DNA of 50,644 nucleotides from a virus (taxonomy: Duplodnaviria > Caudoviricetes). The stretch's first letter is position 1, and each line of letters begins with the position of its first letter. Positions 45,311 through 50,644 of this stretch are shown here, in pieces. The translations under genes and the position numbers were made by a program. A model generated the notes under the pieces. That model saw nothing but the letters and a program-made list of their open reading frames with translations. It did no database searches and was not told the DNA's origin. The stretch lies in IMG/VR virus record IMGVR_UViG_3300030107_004028, positions 1 through 50,644 of that record, one strand, 5' to 3'.

Positions 45311-48300
45311 TGCCAAAATCAGGAGAACATAAAGTCAATGGAATTGACTCATTCTTCAGAGTAAGACCATCTAGTTCTAACGTAAGAGAGGGAGAAACAG
45401 TATCATTTCTTGAAGATGGAGTATTAGTAAAACAAGAAAAAAGAAATGGTGTTATATACGAAACAAGACTTCCAGAGCAAGGAAAAAAAGAAGAATTAAA
45501 AACTACAACTACAACCACTGGAGGTGGAACAGTATTCTTTGGAAGTGGAGATGTAGATTCTATTGTTGCTGGAACGGGATTATCTGGAGGTGGAAGCTCT
45601 GGAGATGTAACATTAACTGTTGGAGCAGCTCAAACAAGTATTACCTCTATTTATGCTACTGATTTAATCATAGGAGAGGATTCTCAAACTGCTATCGACT
45701 TTGGAACAGCAAATGAAATAGATTTTAAGATAAATAATTCTGCAGAACTAACTTTAGATGCGTCTGCACTTTATCCAGTAACTGATGCTGGACTTGATTT
45801 AGGTACATCAACATTAGAATTTAAAGATGCTTTCTTTGACGGAACAGTAACTTCAGATGCATTCGCAGGTCCTTTAACAGGAGATGTTACAGGAACATCT
45901 TCTAAGGTAACAGTAACTAACAGCACAGCAAACACAGCTTTTCCAGTAGTATTTAATGATGAATCTGATGCTTTATTAGATGATACAAGTACATTTACAT
46001 ATAACCCAAGTAGTGAAACTCTTGTTGTTCCTAATTTAACAGTATCTGGAACAACTACTACAGTAGATACAACAAATCTTCAAGTAAAAGATAAAAATAT
46101 AGTTTTAAATTATGCTAGTGGAGATTCGTCTTCTTCAGTAGATGGTGCTGGTATTACAATACAAGATGCTGTTGACGCATCTAATGATGCTACTATGTTA
46201 TGGAGTGCTTCAAATGATAACTTTGTATTTTCACACGAAGTGGTTTCTCCAAGTTTAGATATATCTGGTAATGTAGATGTTGACGGAACATTAGAAACAG
46301 ATGCTTTAACAATCGATGGAACTGCATTAGGCACAGTAATTGCAGGAACGACTGTAACAAATGCTACTAATGCTGCTCACGTTACTGTAGCAGACAATGA
46401 AAGCACAGATGAAAATGATTTAATACCATTTATTGAAAATACTTCAGCGACAGGAAATGTAGGATTAGAATCTGATGGAGATTTTCACTATAATCCTTCA
46501 ACAGGAAGATTAACTGCAACGCAGCTTTCAGGAACTTTACAAACTGCAGCACAAGGAAATGTTACAAGTCTTGGAACATTAACAGCACTTACTGTAGATA
46601 ATGTAAGTATTAATGGTTCTACAATAGGACATACAGGCGATACAGATTTAATGACTGTAGCAAGTGGAGTGTTGACAGTAGCTGGAGAAGTAGATGCTTC
46701 AAGTTTAGATATTAGTGGAGATGCAGACATTGATGGAACTTTAGAAGCTGATGCTTATACTGTTGATGGAACTGCTTTAGCTACATATATTAGAGATACT
46801 GTTGGTACAAATATGTTATCAAGCAATACTGAAACTGGTATTGCTGTTACTTATGACACTTCTAATGATAATATTGATTTTGTAATAGATTCAGCACAAA
46901 CAGCTATTGCTTCTATATACAATACTTCTTTAAGAATGGGTAGAGCAGCTGATAGTGAGTATATAGATTTTGGAACAGATAATGAAGTAAGAATTGCAGC
47001 TGGAAATGTAACCTTTATGAAGTTTATTGATGATACCCAAGATAAAATAATTGTTGGAGACGGTTCTTCTGATATAGACTTTATTGTAGATGATAATAGT
47101 GGTGATGCAGCCTTTACTGTTCAGTCAAGCGATGGTGCTGTAACTATACCAGGTGCTTTATCAGCAGGTTCAATAGGTGGTGTAACAAATTATATTGGTA
47201 CAAATGTTATTGCTAATACTTATAAATATAATAATAGTGGTAGTGCTGGAGCTACTGCATTTACGATTGGTGCTAGTGGTGGTGTAACATTTACTGCAGC
47301 AACTGCTTTTGCAAATTCTGTATTTGAATCTTCAAGTGGAGGTATTGTATCAATTAAAAATTCAAGCGATGATGTAGATACAGGAGCTACTTTAGGAAGA
47401 ATTGATTTCTCAGCATCAGAAGAAGATGCAGGTAGTGATTCTTTATTATTAGCAGCATCAATAGAGGCAAGAACTTCAGCAGACTTTACAGCAAGTTCTA
47501 ATCAAACAGATTTAGTATTTTATACAGCTACTTCAGAGGCTGCTACAGAAAAAGTAAGAATTAAAAATAATGGTAATGTCGGTATAGGAATTGCCTCACC
47601 AGAGGGTAAACTTCATATATATCAATCTGATGCAAGTGTAGCTCCTGATAGCGATGGAGATGATTTAGTTATTGAAAGTAATGCTGATACTGGTATTAGT
47701 ATTTTAGCAGGAGAGAGTGATGGAGAAACTGGCTCATTAATCTTTGGAAGTGATAATGATGCCTATGGAGCAGGACTTGCTTATCATTATTACGATAAAA
47801 CACTTTCTTTAAAAACTGCACACTCTGATGGAATATTAAGATTAGCAAGTGCAAATAATTCAGAAGCTATGAGAATATTGGCTAATGGTAATGTCGGTAT
47901 AGGAACTACATCACCTACAGATACTTTACAAGTAGAGGGTAGTATTGGAGTAGGTGTAGGCAGAGATGGACAATTAACTTCTGTTAATAATGGATTGGTA
48001 ATGAGAAGTCTTGTATCTGATGCAGATATGTTTTTTTATGTTAATGATGGTGGTGTAGATACATTAGCATTAAAATTAGATGGAAGTTCTGCTGGTTCTG
48101 CTATTTTTAATCACGATATTGTTTTAGCAGATGGTGGTAAAGTTACTTTTGGAGCAGGTTCAGATTTACAAATTTATGTAAGTAGTGATGATGCTTACAT
48201 TGACAATCAAACTCAAGACAAAGATGTATACATTAGAGTAAACGATGGTGGCTCTATGATTAATGCTATCTATATTAATGCAGATAGTGAGGGAGATGTT

Positions 48301-49551
48301 TACCTACCTAATGATTATCAAAGACTGATAATGGGTGCTGGTAATGATTTACAATTTGTCCACGATGGAACTAATAATTATATGGAGGGCTATACTGGAG
48401 ATATTAGTATAACTAATTATGCAGATGATAAAGACATAATACTAAAATCAGATGATGGCTCTGGTGGAACAACTGCTTACCTAACATTAGATGGTAGTTT
48501 AGGGGCTTTATCTATACAAAAAGATATGTATAGAAATGATGGTGTAAATATCTATATGGGTTCACACTCGGACCAATATATGTATTATGATGGAACTAAT
48601 GATATAGGATATTGGAGAGCAACTACTGGGGATATTACAATAAGAAATGATGCAGATGACAAAGATATTATTCTTATGTCTGATGATGGTAGTGGTGGAA
48701 CTACACAATATATAAGAATTGATGGTAGTGCAGGATTAACACAAATTGATAAAGATATGAAGTTTGTTGATAGTGTTCAAGCAAATTTTGGAGATAGAAG
48801 TGGTGGTGATATGCAAATATACCACGATGGAAGTAATAACTATATCAATGCAAGTGAAGGACATTTAATATTAGAGCAAAATGAAAATGACCACGACATA
48901 TATTTAAAATCTGATAATGGAAGTGGTGGAACAGCAATCTATGTTCAGTTAGATGGAAGCACGACAGATTTATTATTAACACCACCAGGTAATGTTGGCA
49001 TAGGAACTAGTTCACCAAGATTACCACTTCATATAGCAAGTCCTGATGGAGATGATGATCCTGCAAGTGGTTCAGCAACTGGTGCATTTTTTGTTACTAA
49101 CAGTGCTGGAAGTTATGGTATTGAAATGGGAGTATCTTCAAGTGGTGATGCTTGGATACAATCACATTCTGTAACAAGTTCCAATGAATATAATTTAAAC
49201 TTAAATCCTATTGGTGGAAATGTCGGCATAGGAACTTCATCACCTGCAACTACATTAGAGGTAGATGGGATCTTAACAATGGAAGATGTATCTGCTCCAT
49301 CAGAAGGTGTTTCTGGACACGCACAAATGTTTTCTAATAGTGGAGAAATGAAAGTAAATGATGCAAGTGGTAATATAACCACAATATCTCCACACAATTT
49401 TGAATTAATCCCTGAAGGAGCATCAGAAGATATGGCTTGGAGTCATCACTCTGTAAAGGGAAATAAAACAGTTAATGTCGATATGATGAGATTGGCAAGA
49501 TTAGTAGAAGAACTTACTGGCGAGAAGCTAGTATATACAGAAGAAACCTAA
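45310..49551 (+). CDS. Long tail fibre protein with internal repeats
   Basis: Thr/Gly/Asp-rich; AGTGLSGGG; four GNVGIG motifs; three D.DI.L.SD.GSGGT repeats. Confidence 0.85.
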   Translation: MPKSGEHKVNGIDSFFRVRPSSSNVREGETVSFLEDGVLVKQEKRNGVIYETRLPEQGKKEELKTTTTTTGGGTVFFGSGDVDSIVAGTGLSGGGSSGDVTLTVGAAQTSITSIYATDLIIGEDSQTAIDFGTANEIDFKINNSAELTLDASALYPVTDAGLDLGTSTLEFKDAFFDGTVTSDAFAGPLTGDVTGTSSKVTVTNSTANTAFPVVFNDESDALLDDTSTFTYNPSSETLVVPNLTVSGTTTTVDTTNLQVKDKNIVLNYASGDSSSSVDGAGITIQDAVDASNDATMLWSASNDNFVFSHEVVSPSLDISGNVDVDGTLETDALTIDGTALGTVIAGTTVTNATNAAHVTVADNESTDENDLIPFIENTSATGNVGLESDGDFHYNPSTGRLTATQLSGTLQTAAQGNVTSLGTLTALTVDNVSINGSTIGHTGDTDLMTVASGVLTVAGEVDASSLDISGDADIDGTLEADAYTVDGTALATYIRDTVGTNMLSSNTETGIAVTYDTSNDNIDFVIDSAQTAIASIYNTSLRMGRAADSEYIDFGTDNEVRIAAGNVTFMKFIDDTQDKIIVGDGSSDIDFIVDDNSGDAAFTVQSSDGAVTIPGALSAGSIGGVTNYIGTNVIANTYKYNNSGSAGATAFTIGASGGVTFTAATAFANSVFESSSGGIVSIKNSSDDVDTGATLGRIDFSASEEDAGSDSLLLAASIEARTSADFTASSNQTDLVFYTATSEAATEKVRIKNNGNVGIGIASPEGKLHIYQSDASVAPDSDGDDLVIESNADTGISILAGESDGETGSLIFGSDNDAYGAGLAYHYYDKTLSLKTAHSDGILRLASANNSEAMRILANGNVGIGTTSPTDTLQVEGSIGVGVGRDGQLTSVNNGLVMRSLVSDADMFFYVNDGGVDTLALKLDGSSAGSAIFNHDIVLADGGKVTFGAGSDLQIYVSSDDAYIDNQTQDKDVYIRVNDGGSMINAIYINADSEGDVYLPNDYQRLIMGAGNDLQFVHDGTNNYMEGYTGDISITNYADDKDIILKSDDGSGGTTAYLTLDGSLGALSIQKDMYRNDGVNIYMGSHSDQYMYYDGTNDIGYWRATTGDITIRNDADDKDIILMSDDGSGGTTQYIRIDGSAGLTQIDKDMKFVDSVQANFGDRSGGDMQIYHDGSNNYINASEGHLILEQNENDHDIYLKSDNGSGGTAIYVQLDGSTTDLLLTPPGNVGIGTSSPRLPLHIASPDGDDDPASGSATGAFFVTNSAGSYGIEMGVSSSGDAWIQSHSVTSSNEYNLNLNPIGGNVGIGTSSPATTLEVDGILTMEDVSAPSEGVSGHAQMFSNSGEMKVNDASGNITTISPHNFELIPEGASEDMAWSHHSVKGNKTVNVDMMRLARLVEELTGEKLVYTEET
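48421..48960 (+). repeat. Three ~77-aa tandem repeats within the tail fibre
   Basis: DDKDIILKSDDGSGGTTAYLTLDGS / DDKDIILMSDDGSGGTTQYIRIDGS / NDHDIYLKSDNGSGGTAIYVQLDGS. Confidence 0.8.
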
Positions 49552-49564
49552 AAAGGAGAATACG

Positions 49565-49804
49565 ATGGCTAAGAAAATAGCAGAAAAAGCAGTAGAATCA
49601 GCAAGTGCAGTTAAAATGGTTGAAATCAAACATCTTCGTTCAATGAAAGATGAAGCAGGTAAAGATGTATCTGTGGTAGATTGGACTGAATCAAAATCAG
49701 TAGATGAAGCAATTTCACAAGCAGAAGCACAATTAGTAGATGCAGAAGCAAGAGTAACTGAACTTAAAGCAGACATTGTTGAATACAAAAAAATAAAAGG
49801 GTAG
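49565..49804 (+). CDS. Small coiled-coil protein after tail fibre; paralog of 1324..1557
   Basis: Shared N- and C-termini. Confidence 0.7.
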   Translation: MAKKIAEKAVESASAVKMVEIKHLRSMKDEAGKDVSVVDWTESKSVDEAISQAEAQLVDAEARVTELKADIVEYKKIKG

Positions 49805-49806
49805 TA

Positions 49807-50079
49807 ATGGCTATTACATACAGGGGTATAAGATTCAGAGGTTATAATAAACCGAAGCGTACCCCTAAACACCCTAAGAAGTCACACGCTGTATTGGCTA
49901 AGTCTGGTGGAAAGATTAAGTTGATTCGTTTTGGACAACAAGGCGTAAGGGGTGCAGGGAAAAATCCACGATCAGCAGCAGCGAAAGCAAGAAGAAGAGC
50001 ATTTAAAGCACGACACGCTAAGAATATTCGCAAAGGGCGTATGAGTGCAGCATATTGGGCGAATAAAGTAAAATGGTAA
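49807..50079 (+). CDS. Highly basic small protein
   Basis: GYNKPKRTP.HPKKSHAVLAK.G...KLIRFGQQG...FKARH.KNI.KG.MSAAYWANKVKW. Confidence 0.75.
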   Translation: MAITYRGIRFRGYNKPKRTPKHPKKSHAVLAKSGGKIKLIRFGQQGVRGAGKNPRSAAAKARRRAFKARHAKNIRKGRMSAAYWANKVKW

Positions 50080-50089
50080 GGAGTTAAAG

Positions 50090-50377
50090 ATGGAAGTCGG
50101 AAAAGATAGCAAATTAACGCTAACGATAGAAACTATTATCAGTATAGGGGTTACTTTAGTTATGGTTGTCGGAATGTGGTTTACTTTACAAGCTGACATT
50201 AAAGAAGCAAAAGAATTGCCTAAACCTGAAATAGGTAGAACAGAGTATGATTTGAAGGATCAAATGATTAGAAATACAATTATTGAAACTGAAAAAGATG
50301 TACAAGAGATTAAAGAACAGCAAAAAGAAATGCGTGAAGATGTAAAGAACATTGAACGTATGATGATGCAGAAATGA
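50090..50377 (+). CDS. Single-TM coiled-coil membrane protein; paralog of 39983..40276
   Basis: VGMWFTLQADI.EAKELP.PE.GRTEYDLKDQMIRNTIIET shared. Confidence 0.75.
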   Translation: MEVGKDSKLTLTIETIISIGVTLVMVVGMWFTLQADIKEAKELPKPEIGRTEYDLKDQMIRNTIIETEKDVQEIKEQQKEMREDVKNIERMMMQK

Positions 50378-50463
50378 GAGATATAGATGACAAAATTTTA
50401 TGGACTATATGGTGTATTATTTGGATTGGCTTTATTATTATCACCAGTATTATCGCAAGGTAA
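50374..50463 (+). CDS. Putative out-of-frame transmembrane micro-ORF (29 aa)
   Basis: ATGA-coupled; MRDIDDKILWTIWCIIWIGFIIITSIIAR. Confidence 0.4.
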   Translation: MRDIDDKILWTIWCIIWIGFIIITSIIAR

Positions 50464-50644
50464 ATTAAAAAATTTACAACAAGTACAACTATTATCTCAA
50501 GACGAGTGTGTAATAGTTCAAGTAAACGCAAATTGGAATATATCTGCATCGCTAGATTTAGATTATATTAAAAATTGCAAATGGTTTAATGCTAGTATAG
50601 ATGACGAAGATTATGGTGCTATTATAGCTACTGAATGGAAAATT
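50387..50644 (+). CDS. Secreted thioredoxin-fold protein, paralog of 40286..40687; 3' truncated
   Basis: MTKFYGLYGVLFGLALLLSPVLSQGKLKNLQQVQLLSQDECVIVQVNANWN...WFNASID. Confidence 0.75.
   Translation, partial: MTKFYGLYGVLFGLALLLSPVLSQGKLKNLQQVQLLSQDECVIVQVNANWNISASLDLDYIKNCKWFNASIDDEDYGAIIATEWKI

Noticed and set aside
291-50549. Many short antisense or nested ORFs in the supplied track (for example 291..482, 2696..3001, 16131..16445, 43243..43740, 49528..49872)
   Set aside because: They shadow well-supported genes on the other strand or frame and lack RBS or recognisable motifs.
45310-50644. Diversity-generating retroelement or invertase shufflon acting on the tail fibres
   Set aside because: No reverse transcriptase or site-specific recombinase seen; differences between repeats are not adenine-specific and the repeats are direct.
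1-50644. Stop-codon reassignment
   Set aside because: Long genes are intact in the standard code; TAA, TGA and TAG all end genes at sensible, often coupled, boundaries.
1-50644. Circular completeness or terminal direct repeat at the window ends
   Set aside because: The start (mid tail fibre) and end (mid Trx-fold gene) do not overlap; the shared segments are diverged paralogs, so sequence is missing.
1-50644. Prophage or temperate lifestyle
   Set aside because: No integrase, CI-like repressor, partition genes or flanking host genes recognised in the window.

Overview
Most of the genome of an AT-rich tailed dsDNA phage with a podovirus-like layout. The contig is broken at both ends inside a duplicated tail-fibre region. 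Plus strand 27.7-50.6 kb: HEXXH protein, DUF1599, DnaQ-like exonuclease, TerS, gamma-glutamylcyclotransferase, TerL, portal, scaffold, major capsid, adaptors, a membrane/secreted cassette with a ferredoxin, holin, tail nozzle and tail fibre. Plus strand 1-12.45 kb: a second tail fibre with an S74 chaperone domain, a lysozyme-like protein and probable ejection proteins. Minus strand 12.46-25 kb: DnaB, Hjc-like resolvase, SSB, Rad52/Sak annealase, Cas4-like exonuclease, RHH regulator, amidoligase and class II glutamine amidotransferase. The 25.0-27.7 kb interval is a divergent control region with many sigma70-type promoters, short repeats, a G-quadruplex-like tract and two perfect DnaA boxes. 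I saw no DNA polymerase, primase, integrase, tRNA or CRISPR array. The most unusual signals are: (1) strong frame-independent enrichment of GACG/CGTC confined to the early arm, against genome-wide GATC/CATG avoidance; (2) a promoter, G4 tract and DnaA-box pair that may be an origin; (3) a duplicated envelope cassette with a conserved out-of-frame transmembrane micro-ORF; (4) a probable ATC start codon for the portal. All product calls come from motif recognition by eye, and motif counts are manual and approximate.
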